Position numbers and translations under genes: made by a program. Below are positions 30,357-40,751 of a stretch of DNA of 64,000 nucleotides, piece by piece; the first letter of the stretch is position 1; each line of letters opens with the position of its first letter. Source of the stretch: a virus (Duplodnaviria > Caudoviricetes); IMG/VR virus record IMGVR_UViG_3300031669_005479, positions 96,001 to 160,000 of that record; one strand, given 5' to 3'. The notes under the pieces are model-generated. The model saw nothing but the letters and a program-made list of their open reading frames with translations. It did not search any database and was not told the DNA's origin.

Positions 30357-30387
30357 AAAAAAGCCACCTAAAATGAGTGGCTTTTTT
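30357..30387. terminator. Bidirectional intrinsic terminator
   Basis: AAAAAAGCCAC-ctaaaatga-GTGGCTTTTTT between convergent genes. Confidence 0.8.
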
Positions 30388-30405
30388 AATAAAATCGTAT
30401 AACTT

Positions 30406-30897
30406 TTACAAGTTAAGTATACATTTGTAAGGTTGTAGTTCAAGTGTAATATTAGTTAATTCATCTGAGCCATAATCGTTTTCACCGAAATCAATGCTAA
30501 CAATTTGACATTTTTCTAGTGTCCATTTTTCGATTTCAACACCTGTTGGGTCTAATGAAGTCAAAATAATGTTTTTTTGATATCCTGCTGCATAACCCAT
30601 ACGACCAGTAAGCGATTCTGCACCCAAACGAACCCATTCCATTAAAATTTGTGATGTTGATGGACCTATTGGGTCAAGAAATGTAACTGACACGGTATCC
30701 CACGTATATCTACCCATAACGTATGTTTGTTCATTCATGTATGGAATAGCAACGCTATTTATTTTCATTGATGGTCTTTTAAATTTTTGAACTGCCCACA
30801 CTTCAACACCTATTGTACTATCAAATTTTGCGAAAAATCGATTTACACGTTTTGGTTCATATTCGAAGGGCATACCCCTCATCATTTCTCCTGCCAT
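30406..30897 (-). CDS. gp19: Tail tube protein (T4 gp19-like)
   Basis: YEPKRVNRF...KRP...IPYMN..YVMGRYTW..VSVTFLDP...EWV...YQKNI.L..LDP.G..IEKW.L. Confidence 0.8.
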   Translation of the reverse strand: MAGEMMRGMPFEYEPKRVNRFFAKFDSTIGVEVWAVQKFKRPSMKINSVAIPYMNEQTYVMGRYTWDTVSVTFLDPIGPSTSQILMEWVRLGAESLTGRMGYAAGYQKNIILTSLDPTGVEIEKWTLEKCQIVSIDFGENDYGSDELTNITLELQPYKCILNL

Positions 30898-30943
30898 TTT
30901 ATTTTATTGTTTAATTTTGTTTAACTTATTTTTATGCGTTTTT

Positions 30944-30952
30944 TATAAATAC
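30944..30952 (-). promoter_or_regulatory. Putative late promoter motif GTATTTATA
   Basis: Upstream of the tail tube gene. Confidence 0.6.
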
Positions 30953-30978
30953 TTGTGTATTTCAAAACAAATTATAAA

Positions 30979-31329
30979 TTATTCTGGTAATTTACCTGTT
31001 CTTTGATATGACCTAAATTCTTCGGTGGTTAAACTTTCAATGCTTCTTTTAGGCTTTAATTGTATCTGAGATTCGTTAATGATTTTATTATTGTCATCAA
31101 TATTGTTAACGAATTTCTGTTCATCAATGATTACTTCGCTATCGTTGATTTCATGATTATCTACAATTTTTTCTTCATCAATAGTTTTTTCTTCATTAAT
31201 AACTTCTTGTTCATCAAAAGAATTAACTTCAATTGGAATTTTAATGTGAACTGCTTCTGGTTGTGTTTCTATAATAACGTTATCTACTGATTCGTTAATA
31301 CCTTCTTCATTTTTTTTATCTTTTGCCAT
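30979..31329 (-). CDS. Hypothetical acidic protein between sheath and tube genes
   Basis: 116 aa; own late motif at 31361-31368. Confidence 0.55.
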   Translation of the reverse strand: MAKDKKNEEGINESVDNVIIETQPEAVHIKIPIEVNSFDEQEVINEEKTIDEEKIVDNHEINDSEVIIDEQKFVNNIDDNNKIINESQIQLKPKRSIESLTTEEFRSYQRTGKLPE

Positions 31330-31360
31330 TTTATGATATTTTAATGTTTTATTATTTATG

Positions 31361-31368
31361 ATAAATAC
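31361..31368 (-). promoter_or_regulatory. Putative late promoter motif GTATTTAT
   Basis: Upstream of the start at 31329. Confidence 0.55.
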
Positions 31369-31377
31369 TGTTAAATT

Positions 31378-31418
31378 AATAATGAAAATGAGAGGAATTT
31401 CCCCTCATTTTCATTATT
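31378..31418 (-). terminator. Long hairpin after the tail sheath gene
   Basis: AATAATGAAAATGAG / CTCATTTTCATTATT perfect 15-bp arms. Confidence 0.7.
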
Positions 31419-31423
31419 TGGAA

Positions 31424-34189
31424 TTATGCCCCAACATCAGCAAATGATGCTCCTGATGGTGTGATTGTAAATGTAATACCAATATACTCTAAAGAACGTG
31501 TTGGTTTTAAGAAAATTTCGCCATATAATTCATTTCTATCACGGCTTTCGGGTGTGTTATTAGTATCATCCATCGTGATCCTGAAATCAGTTAAACCTCT
31601 TTCTCTCTTAATTGCTTCAAGAATTGGATTTGCCTGTGCTAAGAACTGGTCAACTGTTGCTTGGTCATTTTGCTCAAACAACAATCTGACTGCGATGTTT
31701 GAAATAAGAACCTTGATTTGAAGCAATAGTCTTCGAACATTAATTCTGTCAAGTGCTGTTTCGGCAACCTGTAATGTTTTTTGACCAAAAATTGCAGTTC
31801 CTACATCAGTGAAGAATGCCATTGGGTTAATTTTTGCTTTATATAAAATATCTCTTGCATCAAGCGACATGTTATACTTAGGTTTAATTGCGTTTGTTAC
31901 ACCACGATTAAGACCTGCAGGTGCGAACCAAGGATATGCAATATTATCTGTAAATGCCATTGCCCTAACAACTTCAGATGTTGGTGAGATATATACATTA
32001 ACATTATTCTGTGTATCTCTCATCTGAATCCAAGGAAAATATGTGCACGAAAAACTACTATCAATTCCAGTATTTGCCATTAAATCTGCAATACCTTGTG
32101 CAGCCAATACATCTGTACTTGTGCCATCACTTACTGAAATTGGTGGTATGTAATCAGGCGAATCAATAATATATAAACTATCTGTTCTCTTTTGCTCTAT
32201 CATATCGATAGTGTCTTGAACTAAAATTGTATTGTTAGTCCAATCAATACCAGGTGTTGAAAACAAATTAATTGTTACTTGTTCAGGGTTTGAAAATGTA
32301 TCAATTGCTGTTTGCCATGCCTGAAAATCATTACTTGGAACAATATTTGGATTTGATGGGTAGCCGCTAAATAATCCACCTTGCTGAAATCCATCAGTAT
32401 TTGATCTTGATGTTCTGTTAACATCCCATGCATCAAAACCACCTGCAGGAACAAATGTGAATTTTCTAGTCTTAATATCATAGTAAGGATTTGTTGTTCT
32501 ATCCGTGTCCTTATATGTTTGAATTTGACCGCTACCTACTTCGAATTGACCGATTTCTTCAGTGCCCTCATAGTATGTTCCAGTTGCACCGCTATCTAAG
32601 TGAAAACCTTTAGTCTTTGTAAAGCCACCTTGACCGTAATAGTTGAAAAAGTTTTGGTTAATACCATCACCAGTTGAACTAGTTGAATCATATCCGTGTT
32701 CTGAAATACCTAAGTATGTTTTAGATACCTTATCGGTAGTTAGATAACTTGTTTTATAGAAAATTTTTGGTGCAATACCATATGTTGCATTACCAGTATT
32801 TCCAGTACTATAATCGGTAAATTCATATCCTTCGAAACCTGCTGGGAACATATTTGCTGGAATATTGTCAGCAAGTTCTACCATAACATAGCTACTAAGT
32901 AATGAATATTCACCATCAGACGTACCAATGCGCTGTGCAATATAACTAGACAATCCTTTGAATAGTGTACATCTTGTATAAGTTTCCAATACAATTGGAC
33001 TATCATCAGTATCGTAGAAATCACGAACCACCACATCGAATTCATATGTTGATGGGTTAATGTTTGCAATAGTTACTTTAATCTCTTGATTTGCAGCATC
33101 ACCATCAGAAATGCTAATAAACTTAAATAGTCTGTTAACGTGGCTACCCATTAATTGCGATACAACCCAAGGCGTTTCTGGTGTTTGATATTTTATTTTA
33201 TAGTCACTAAAATTCTCAGAAGAGCCAGTAATTACATTGCAGTTAACGCCATACGCATAACCCTCAGCATCAATCTTATTAATGAGGTCAGGATAAATTG
33301 CTTGTGTCCAAATTTTTAATTTTTTGTCCTTTGCTGTTCTACCAATAACGTTTGGCAAAAATGCAGTGCTTGTTGGGTCTAATGAAACTGTGTATAATTC
33401 GGTGCTACCAGAATCAGATGCAATCATATTAAATTTACCAAATAGGTCTCCAGAGCCAACAATTGTGGTGTTACCACTAGCTGGAATTTCAAAATTTGTT
33501 GCCCAGAATGTTGTTTGCTGTACATCGTTGGTTGGTATTGTAGAATCTGCTCTACTTCTAATAACGGCAACTACCATATTTTCATACTCACTTAATGATG
33601 TACCAGTATATGATACAACAGTATCTGTAACAGTGCCACTACTTGTTATTGCACTATAGGTTGTTGCAGTAAATTGGTGCACTTGCTTTGTGAAAACACC
33701 AGTATTAATATTTTTTGTGTATCCAGTATCGGTAATACCAGTTGCACCACTACCAACTAATGCTACACCAAGATATGCATTATTAGTGTATGGAATGCCA
33801 GTTGTAACCACAGGTGAACCCGTAGTTCCTTCTGTGCTACTATCAATACCTGCTGATATGGTTAATGCCCATGCTTTACCTGCATCATACCCACTTAAAC
33901 CCAGCACTCTGGTTACCCAAAGTTGATTGGTTTGACTTAAATATGAATTTGCAACATATGGTAACTGAAATTGCAATTGATTTGCATTATTTGGAAATCT
34001 TGCAATGCTTTGTGCACCAAATCTGTTTAAGAATTGAGTTTTATCCTGTATGTATACTGGTTCGAAAGCGGGACCCTTTAGCGTTTCACCAACTAAACCC
34101 AAAGTTGTTACGCCTACATTACGTGTTACGTATGTTATGTCTCGTTCCTTAAATTTTACACCTGGAGAGGTGAATACGAAATCTGCCAT
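31424..34189 (-). CDS. gp18: Contractile tail sheath protein (T4 gp18-like)
   Basis: FTSPGVKFKERD, GLVGETLKGPAFEP, PWFAPAGLNRG, FGQKTLQ..ETALDRINVRRL, IFLKPTRSLEYI.I.F. Confidence 0.95.
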   Translation of the reverse strand: MADFVFTSPGVKFKERDITYVTRNVGVTTLGLVGETLKGPAFEPVYIQDKTQFLNRFGAQSIARFPNNANQLQFQLPYVANSYLSQTNQLWVTRVLGLSGYDAGKAWALTISAGIDSSTEGTTGSPVVTTGIPYTNNAYLGVALVGSGATGITDTGYTKNINTGVFTKQVHQFTATTYSAITSSGTVTDTVVSYTGTSLSEYENMVVAVIRSRADSTIPTNDVQQTTFWATNFEIPASGNTTIVGSGDLFGKFNMIASDSGSTELYTVSLDPTSTAFLPNVIGRTAKDKKLKIWTQAIYPDLINKIDAEGYAYGVNCNVITGSSENFSDYKIKYQTPETPWVVSQLMGSHVNRLFKFISISDGDAANQEIKVTIANINPSTYEFDVVVRDFYDTDDSPIVLETYTRCTLFKGLSSYIAQRIGTSDGEYSLLSSYVMVELADNIPANMFPAGFEGYEFTDYSTGNTGNATYGIAPKIFYKTSYLTTDKVSKTYLGISEHGYDSTSSTGDGINQNFFNYYGQGGFTKTKGFHLDSGATGTYYEGTEEIGQFEVGSGQIQTYKDTDRTTNPYYDIKTRKFTFVPAGGFDAWDVNRTSRSNTDGFQQGGLFSGYPSNPNIVPSNDFQAWQTAIDTFSNPEQVTINLFSTPGIDWTNNTILVQDTIDMIEQKRTDSLYIIDSPDYIPPISVSDGTSTDVLAAQGIADLMANTGIDSSFSCTYFPWIQMRDTQNNVNVYISPTSEVVRAMAFTDNIAYPWFAPAGLNRGVTNAIKPKYNMSLDARDILYKAKINPMAFFTDVGTAIFGQKTLQVAETALDRINVRRLLLQIKVLISNIAVRLLFEQNDQATVDQFLAQANPILEAIKRERGLTDFRITMDDTNNTPESRDRNELYGEIFLKPTRSLEYIGITFTITPSGASFADVGA

Positions 34190-34250
34190 GTTATTTATTG
34201 TTTAAATTTTATAATTTTTCTCTATGATAAGCAATGTTTTATCTTTTCAA

Positions 34251-34258
34251 ATAAATAC
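34251..34258 (-). promoter_or_regulatory. Putative late promoter motif GTATTTAT
   Basis: Upstream of the sheath gene. Confidence 0.55.
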
Positions 34259-34465
34259 TAAAAAAATATTGAAAAGGTGTTTAATTCTAATTATTATGGT
34301 GCTGTCATTCTTCTCAATAAACCCAAATTTTCATAGATTTTATGTTTTTTGATTCAAATTTTTAAAAATTTCGGTTTTTATTGCCCAGATTTCGCCAAAT
34401 TTTCTTAAATATTTTTTTTATTAAAATAGAAAATAATTTTCATTAATGTGGATTTCATTATATTA

Positions 34466-34473
34466 GTATTTAT
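34466..34473 (+). promoter_or_regulatory. Putative late promoter motif GTATTTAT
   Basis: 15 nt upstream of the start at 34489. Confidence 0.6.
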
Positions 34474-34488
34474 GTTAAATATTTATTT

Positions 34489-36840
34489 ATGAATAAATCA
34501 CAACGAATTTATTTAACTACAGGCAACACAGGTAATTTCATAAATGATAAGTATGTTAAGGTAAAGCTTGAGCAAAATGTTGAAACACTTGAACTTCTTA
34601 CGCTAAGTCTAACTACCGAGGATGCATATCAAAATTTCAATTCTGATTATGGAGTAATTGTTGGAAGAGTATACGCTAATGGTGGAGTTGCGGTTCCCAA
34701 TGCTAAAATAAGCGTTTTTATACCATTATCTGATACCGATGCATTTAATGGTGATATCTATAGCATCTATCCATATACTAGTCCTAGAGATAAGAATAAT
34801 GATGGAAAACGATATAATCTACTACCACGTGTTGCGCTACTTGAGGCAAGCACTGGAATATATAAACCTAAACAACCTTTCGGTAGTTTTCCAATAAAAC
34901 CAGAATTAATAATAAATGAACCATATTTAAATGTATATAAAAAATATTATAAATATACTTCAGTAACAAATGATTATGGTGATTATATGATATTTGGTGT
35001 ACCAATTGGAACACAAACTGTCCATATGAGCGTTGACATAACTGATATTGGAAAATATAGTATGACACCTGCATCAATGATAAAAGCAGGTTATCCAGCA
35101 AATTTATTTACTAAATCAGGTAATGCGATTAAACCTAGTGACGATTTAAATGATTTACCTAATATTGAAACGCAAGAAATTAGTGTAGATATTCTTCCAT
35201 TTTGGGGTGATACAACCAATTTTGAAATTGGAATTACTAGACAAGATTTTAGAGTTAAAGCAAATCTTAGTTCAGATTTTGTTGTATTCGGAACATCAAT
35301 GACAATGGGTGTGTATGGTATATTTGGTAATGCTGCATATAGTGGTGATGATAGGGCATACTATTCAATTGATACTGATAATGGTGGCATGACGACAAAT
35401 AATATATTTTCTGACGGTAATACTGTTGGCCGATATAACAACCTTGATATAAGAACATTTAGAGTAGCAAAACCAACAATTAGCGTATTTACTTATACCA
35501 ATGATATTCCTGTTGTTAATGGAGAAATTCAACTTCCTGCAGATAATGACATTGACTTCGATAGCCAGATACGCCAGCTATCAGATACGGAATATTTCGA
35601 ATATAATGAAAATGGTAATTTTTTTCTAACCATACCCTGCAATAGAGCCAAGGTAATTACTGATGAAAATGGTCAAGACGTGTATATTGACGAGAATTCG
35701 CCAAGTGGTGTATTTACCAAATTTTTTGGTATGATACTTATTGAATATCCAGATTTAAATGACATGCCACAAAATTCTGGTTGGTCACATAAATTTTTTG
35801 GTCGTGATAATGAATATAAGGCACGTGGTTGGTTTAAAATACCACAAAGTGTTGGTTTATTGAGTGATATCAATCAAGACGATCCTAATGGTATTTATCC
35901 TCCAGAATACATTACTGCAAACAATAATGCATGGAGAAGAGAGTATCAGGAATTCAGCGGTGGTAGCATTTATAGTGTTGCACAATTCTATCCAACCAAA
36001 TGGGGTGCTAGTGGTGCTGGTGGTCAGAATTTTGAAAACAGTTTCACCAATAGTAGCAATGTTGGTTATAACTATGCTGAAATTGCAGGTGCTTGGTTTA
36101 AAACTGCAGGATTGGATTGGGTAGTTCAATCAGAACAAACCGATAGCCAAAACTATCTTGTACAGCCATATAGTGGTAGCAGCACAACTCCAACATACTA
36201 TAAATATAATTTCTCGCCCAATGTTGTTAATTTTAATTCCAGTCTTCCAGCATATAGTGCAGATACATTCTTTGGTGGTCAATGGCTAAATTTCTGCCTA
36301 ATGTTTCCACAATACGGTTGGTCGTATGGTAATCATCTTAACTTTGCCGATGTTTACCATAACGATTTTGAAGGTGGTTCACCTAACTTTGTTACCGATA
36401 ACCAGCAGAAAATATTTGCAGGTTTAGTTAATACCAAGTTCCTATTGAAGGGTGATGCGTTTCAAACCGCATTTATTAACCTGCCTAAGCTAGAACTTTC
36501 TAAGCTGCTTCAAGTAGATTTAAAGGGTATTAATGTTACTAGATGGAATAATGGACAAGAAAAGGATATAAATGAAAATTATAATTATCATGACATTCAA
36601 CTTACGCCAAACTACTACAAGTATGCAAAAGTAAAGGAAAGAAGTTCATACTTTTCGAGCAATACTGATGGACGAACCTACAATGCCTTTGGCTGGGATG
36701 AGTGGGATAGGTCACCAAATGCCTATACATATCCATACAATGCATATATTTCTAGTACAGATAATAGAAGTGCCTACCTATTTAAGGGCATGTATGGAAA
36801 TGATTGTATAAAAATGCTATCGGACTTTGGTGTGATTTAA
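34489..36840 (+). CDS. Probable baseplate/tail-associated structural protein
   Basis: 783 aa; N-terminal GVIVGRVYANGG..VPNAKISVFIP beta-sandwich-like start; aromatic/Asn-rich C-terminus. Confidence 0.5.
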   Translation: MNKSQRIYLTTGNTGNFINDKYVKVKLEQNVETLELLTLSLTTEDAYQNFNSDYGVIVGRVYANGGVAVPNAKISVFIPLSDTDAFNGDIYSIYPYTSPRDKNNDGKRYNLLPRVALLEASTGIYKPKQPFGSFPIKPELIINEPYLNVYKKYYKYTSVTNDYGDYMIFGVPIGTQTVHMSVDITDIGKYSMTPASMIKAGYPANLFTKSGNAIKPSDDLNDLPNIETQEISVDILPFWGDTTNFEIGITRQDFRVKANLSSDFVVFGTSMTMGVYGIFGNAAYSGDDRAYYSIDTDNGGMTTNNIFSDGNTVGRYNNLDIRTFRVAKPTISVFTYTNDIPVVNGEIQLPADNDIDFDSQIRQLSDTEYFEYNENGNFFLTIPCNRAKVITDENGQDVYIDENSPSGVFTKFFGMILIEYPDLNDMPQNSGWSHKFFGRDNEYKARGWFKIPQSVGLLSDINQDDPNGIYPPEYITANNNAWRREYQEFSGGSIYSVAQFYPTKWGASGAGGQNFENSFTNSSNVGYNYAEIAGAWFKTAGLDWVVQSEQTDSQNYLVQPYSGSSTTPTYYKYNFSPNVVNFNSSLPAYSADTFFGGQWLNFCLMFPQYGWSYGNHLNFADVYHNDFEGGSPNFVTDNQQKIFAGLVNTKFLLKGDAFQTAFINLPKLELSKLLQVDLKGINVTRWNNGQEKDINENYNYHDIQLTPNYYKYAKVKERSSYFSSNTDGRTYNAFGWDEWDRSPNAYTYPYNAYISSTDNRSAYLFKGMYGNDCIKMLSDFGVI

Positions 36841-36843
36841 AAT

Positions 36844-36874
36844 AAAAAACCTCGAAAATACTTCGAGGTTTTTT
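36844..36874. terminator. Bidirectional intrinsic terminator
   Basis: AAAAAACCTCGAA-aatac-TTCGAGGTTTTTT between convergent genes. Confidence 0.85.
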
Positions 36875-36890
36875 GTAGCACAATGGGTGG

Positions 36891-37334
36891 TTACTGTTGC
36901 TTGCTTAATACATATCGAAATGTATCTTCCCCACCACTTACTTCTAACGTCATCATATTGTAATTTGGTTCTAATGGCAATATTGCAATAGTAAGTATTG
37001 TGGGCGAATCACCTGTCTTAGTTAATGTTATTGTGGAATTATCTGAACTCAAAGTCCAAGTATTAAATACGGTATGAACTCCAGAATTAATTCTGTCTGT
37101 CATAATAGCACTACCATTCAAAATAAATTCGTATTGTCTTTGCCCCACCGCATTATTGAGCTGTCCATTTAAGTAGGTAGCGGTATTAATCCACTTGCCC
37201 ACGATGTGAGCAACCATAGGGTTGGTGAGTTGAACTGAAGGAGTTGGATTAACCGCATCATCCTTCTTAGAGCAGCTTGCACTCATCAGTGCAACCATTA
37301 ACATCAGCGTAAATAAGTAAGTTAGTTTCTTCAT
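36891..37334 (-). CDS. Lipoprotein with lipocalin-like domain
   Basis: MKK + hydrophobic core + lipobox MSAS-C, then SKKDD; IVGKW...YEF..NG...W.LSSD..TITL pattern. Confidence 0.8.
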   Translation of the reverse strand: MKKLTYLFTLMLMVALMSASCSKKDDAVNPTPSVQLTNPMVAHIVGKWINTATYLNGQLNNAVGQRQYEFILNGSAIMTDRINSGVHTVFNTWTLSSDNSTITLTKTGDSPTILTIAILPLEPNYNMMTLEVSGGEDTFRYVLSKQQ

Positions 37335-37399
37335 TTTGTTTAAAGTTTTAAAGTTATATCATATAATACGAAAAGAAATTTAAATTGTTACAGAAACAA

Positions 37400-37423
37400 G
37401 TATTTATTTTTACGGTATTTATA
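37400..37423 (+). promoter_or_regulatory. Two tandem late motifs (GTATTTAT 37400-37407; GTATTTATA 37415-37423)
   Basis: Upstream of the start at 37428. Confidence 0.55.
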
Positions 37424-37427
37424 TGAT

Positions 37428-39107
37428 ATGGATAAAACGATTGAAATACTACTTGGGAGTTATAAGAATATTGATTCAGTTAATGTAGATAACCAAGATA
37501 AAATTGAACTATTTAACAGAACTTCAGAATTAACTGATTATGACGTTAATGATGCACTGAGTGCTACGGATGTATTCGACGTTGAAAGAGAAGCAAATCC
37601 TATTTATAGAATTTATGGCAAAATTGAATATATGTCACTATTAAATGGATTAAAAAATAATTATACCAACATTAGCGATTTTTTTACATACGAAACCAAT
37701 GGTTCATATAATATAACCAATTCATTTAATTTTTATTTAGTTAAGGCATCTACGGGTTTTACTAAAATCAGTGGACAAACAACAATTGATGCAGTACCAG
37801 ATGAAATAATTCTTAATGAAAACTTTAATACTTGGATATCTAGTTCACCAAGTAACTATCCTACTGGTTGGACGGTTACGGTTACCCCAAATAGTTATGT
37901 CCAAAAAACTGTGGGAAATCAGGCACAATTTGTACTTAGCACTGGTGCTACAAATATTGTTACGCTATCAAAAGAAATGTTGTCCGACTATGGTAATATG
38001 GTTATTCAAACAAATATTAGCTTATTACCAAATTTTATTGCAAATACTGATTCGCTAAACGTTTCGTTATGGTCTGACGATACGATAATTGGTAGCCATA
38101 ATCTCTTGGCTGGTGGAATTGTTCATAATCAAATTTTAATTAACGTGACTGAAAATTTGCCAATGACTAAGTTAACGATTGAAGCGGGTGGTAATGGTAA
38201 GAGCATAATTATGGATTATGTCAAGTTGATTAAAACAGGCACAACAACATCTAGCGTAATACCAAATGTTGAATATATTAGGTATTTTGATGTAGTTGCA
38301 ACACCAAATGATTTCGAAATATTTCCTGTTGGTTTTAATAAAAACGTGTATAACGAACAGGCGTATGCATTTAGCTTTAGAAAAGATTTTGATGTTTCTA
38401 CATATTTTGATGATTTTAAGTTTCCAGCAACAGAACTTTTTTTATATGCACAGTACATTCCCAAAACAAATGGTAATGGAATACTTGAAACAGTTTCTGG
38501 AACTACATGGGGAATTAGCGATGGAATTGCAAGTAAGTTCAATTTACAATTCGCTGTTTTGAATGTTGGTGATATGGTAAAGTCAAATACCAATATCAAA
38601 ATTGGGGATTTAATTCAGTATGATCGTGAAAATTTTTTACAAACGCAAATATCTGGACAAACAATTTATGTTACAACCGAATGCCATAATGTTAACGATA
38701 TTAGCATTAACTTGGTTTGGAAATACAATCCATTTATTGGATTGAGATTAAGGTATTTTTCTGACACATTAAATGCAGTTAATACTGGAAGTACATCGTA
38801 TGATGATGTTTCGTCAATACCAGAATATGCGACATATTTAGACGATAATGGTAATTGTGTTTGGAGAGATATATTACCTCAAGGATATACCGACCCATCA
38901 ACTGGCGTTGGCGTTAACTATCCATTCATTAATATGAGAAGATACTTATTTACACCAATAATATTTTCAATATCGCCAGATTTAACCAACGATGAAACAT
39001 TAAATGCATTTACTAATATCTGGTTTAGCAGAAATATTACAAATCTTTCAACAAATCTGCAAAGTAATGATGATCTAACAAATAAACTTGGAAAACCATG
39101 TCAGTAA
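37428..39107 (+). CDS. Probable virion structural protein
   Basis: 559 aa, Thr/Asn-rich; late motif upstream. Confidence 0.5.
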   Translation: MDKTIEILLGSYKNIDSVNVDNQDKIELFNRTSELTDYDVNDALSATDVFDVEREANPIYRIYGKIEYMSLLNGLKNNYTNISDFFTYETNGSYNITNSFNFYLVKASTGFTKISGQTTIDAVPDEIILNENFNTWISSSPSNYPTGWTVTVTPNSYVQKTVGNQAQFVLSTGATNIVTLSKEMLSDYGNMVIQTNISLLPNFIANTDSLNVSLWSDDTIIGSHNLLAGGIVHNQILINVTENLPMTKLTIEAGGNGKSIIMDYVKLIKTGTTTSSVIPNVEYIRYFDVVATPNDFEIFPVGFNKNVYNEQAYAFSFRKDFDVSTYFDDFKFPATELFLYAQYIPKTNGNGILETVSGTTWGISDGIASKFNLQFAVLNVGDMVKSNTNIKIGDLIQYDRENFLQTQISGQTIYVTTECHNVNDISINLVWKYNPFIGLRLRYFSDTLNAVNTGSTSYDDVSSIPEYATYLDDNGNCVWRDILPQGYTDPSTGVGVNYPFINMRRYLFTPIIFSISPDLTNDETLNAFTNIWFSRNITNLSTNLQSNDDLTNKLGKPCQ

Positions 39108-39922
39108 TTAATAAAACAGTTAAATATAATGCCTTGGATGTTAATCTAAAATTTAGTTTAGGTTCCGATATTCAACCAAGTGGTTATCAACAAGAAATTG
39201 ATAATATTACAGTGAAAACTGAATACGATTTACTTAATCCTGTTAGTGATGTTGAGGTGCGTAGGTTCAAATATATGCCAACGATTCAGGCAAGTAATTT
39301 AGTTTTTAATTTTTATGATATCACTGGAAATACTCATGTAAATTCATTTATTGCTGCAGGATTCGCTTCAAATGAAATATCAATAAATAATAATAGTATT
39401 CTCAATAGTTTTTTTATATTGGATTTTTATGATAGTTTTGATCCAAATATTCAAACTAAAATATTTTCGACATATTTAACTAAAGTAATTATGGGACAGC
39501 AAGATTCCATAACTAAACTTCAAATACCTAAATATAGAATTTATTCTGATACTTCAAATCAATTATATTATTGGCACATACCCCAATCATTTATTAATGA
39601 ACAAACTAGCAATATAATAAATGCATACGTGAAATTTAGTTTCTATAATGCAAAAAAAGGTATTATTACGCTATTCTATAATAAAGATAATGAGCAGTTG
39701 ACAACACCAGAGCATATGTATTTTAAGGTGGAGGTAAATCTAGCAAATATGACTTGGAGAATACTAACAAGTTCGTTTCCAACATTGGTTGCATATGAAG
39801 TAATTCCAAATGAATATGTGGCTAGAATAAATAATACGATTAATACAACTGACAATAAAAAACAAAATTATCCTAATGGAAATGCATTTCAACGTGAGAG
39901 TGGGACATATACTACTGAATAG
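39098..39922 (+). CDS. Probable virion structural protein
   Basis: 274 aa overlapping the previous gene. Confidence 0.5.
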   Translation: MSVINKTVKYNALDVNLKFSLGSDIQPSGYQQEIDNITVKTEYDLLNPVSDVEVRRFKYMPTIQASNLVFNFYDITGNTHVNSFIAAGFASNEISINNNSILNSFFILDFYDSFDPNIQTKIFSTYLTKVIMGQQDSITKLQIPKYRIYSDTSNQLYYWHIPQSFINEQTSNIINAYVKFSFYNAKKGIITLFYNKDNEQLTTPEHMYFKVEVNLANMTWRILTSSFPTLVAYEVIPNEYVARINNTINTTDNKKQNYPNGNAFQRESGTYTTE

Positions 39923-40676
39923 ATAATCCAATTCTTGGTTTTCTGATAGTTTTAACTATCTCAAATTCCTTTTCATCTTGAATGAAACCTAAGACCTTTA
40001 GTGCATATTTTGATACAAAAAATCTATCACCATCAATATTTTCAATAGGATTTGATTCAGCAAAACCTTCGAAAAGCATGGGTATTGGATTACCATTAAT
40101 TAAAATGTAATCTTGACGACTTGCAAAATTTTTAAGTACTTGCTCATCATATTTATTAACATCGACCCTATATTTAGTAAATAGTGCTACCTCATAAATC
40201 ATATCAACATTTGTAGGTTCTGGCATTTTAAATTGTAGAAATATGACTTCACCTTCGTCAAGAATTGGAATTTGCATATATCTAAATTTACGGGGCTGTG
40301 GAATACGAAATTTTGTTCCAAGTCTGGTTCCAGGTTGTTTATCAATACGTCTTACTGTAATATATGGGGTAGGCACATTTTTATCATTGTCCACGAACTT
40401 CCAAGTTTTGCTAAATTCACCCCAGCGGTCGTTATCAAGATAAAAGGTTGGAACCAATTTATTATCTAATGTTAGCTGCATGCCATCATTGTTAACATAG
40501 TCAAATAATGCTTGGTCAATATGCTCAAGTAAAATTGTTCTTGGAAGATATTTTGTTTTAGTATCGGTTAAACGCATGAGTTCTTCAATTCTATCCATAC
40601 CATACTTAAGATATTCGTTACCTATCTTTGGTGGATTAGTATCAAGTGTTAATTTTATTTTTTTTGGAAGTGACAT
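39912..40676 (-). CDS. Tail completion / sheath terminator protein (gp15-like)
   Basis: IDQALFDYV...W..DNDKNVPTPYITVRR...MPEPTNVDMIYEV...KY.L.V.G pattern; late motif upstream. Confidence 0.5.
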   Translation of the reverse strand: MSLPKKIKLTLDTNPPKIGNEYLKYGMDRIEELMRLTDTKTKYLPRTILLEHIDQALFDYVNNDGMQLTLDNKLVPTFYLDNDRWGEFSKTWKFVDNDKNVPTPYITVRRIDKQPGTRLGTKFRIPQPRKFRYMQIPILDEGEVIFLQFKMPEPTNVDMIYEVALFTKYRVDVNKYDEQVLKNFASRQDYILINGNPIPMLFEGFAESNPIENIDGDRFFVSKYALKVLGFIQDEKEFEIVKTIRKPRIGLSIQ

Positions 40677-40691
40677 TATTATTTCTTTTTA

Positions 40692-40700
40692 TATAAATAC
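40692..40700 (-). promoter_or_regulatory. Putative late promoter motif GTATTTATA
   Basis: 15 nt upstream of the start at 40676. Confidence 0.6.
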
Positions 40701-40734
40701 TTGTATATATAACATATTTTTCATAACCTTGCAT

Positions 40735-40742
40735 GTATTTAT
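40735..40742 (+). promoter_or_regulatory. Putative late promoter motif GTATTTAT
   Basis: Upstream of the RHH-nuclease pair. Confidence 0.55.
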
Positions 40743-40751
40743 GTAAAGCAA

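Noticed and set aside
31461-34152. Several short ORFs overlapping the sheath gene
   Set aside because: Shadow or out-of-frame ORFs inside a well-supported gene; the same applies to those within the capsid, scaffold and nuclease genes.
34190-34488. Non-coding RNA in the sheath / 34489 gap
   Set aside because: Explained as a divergent promoter region with two late motifs; no convincing stems.
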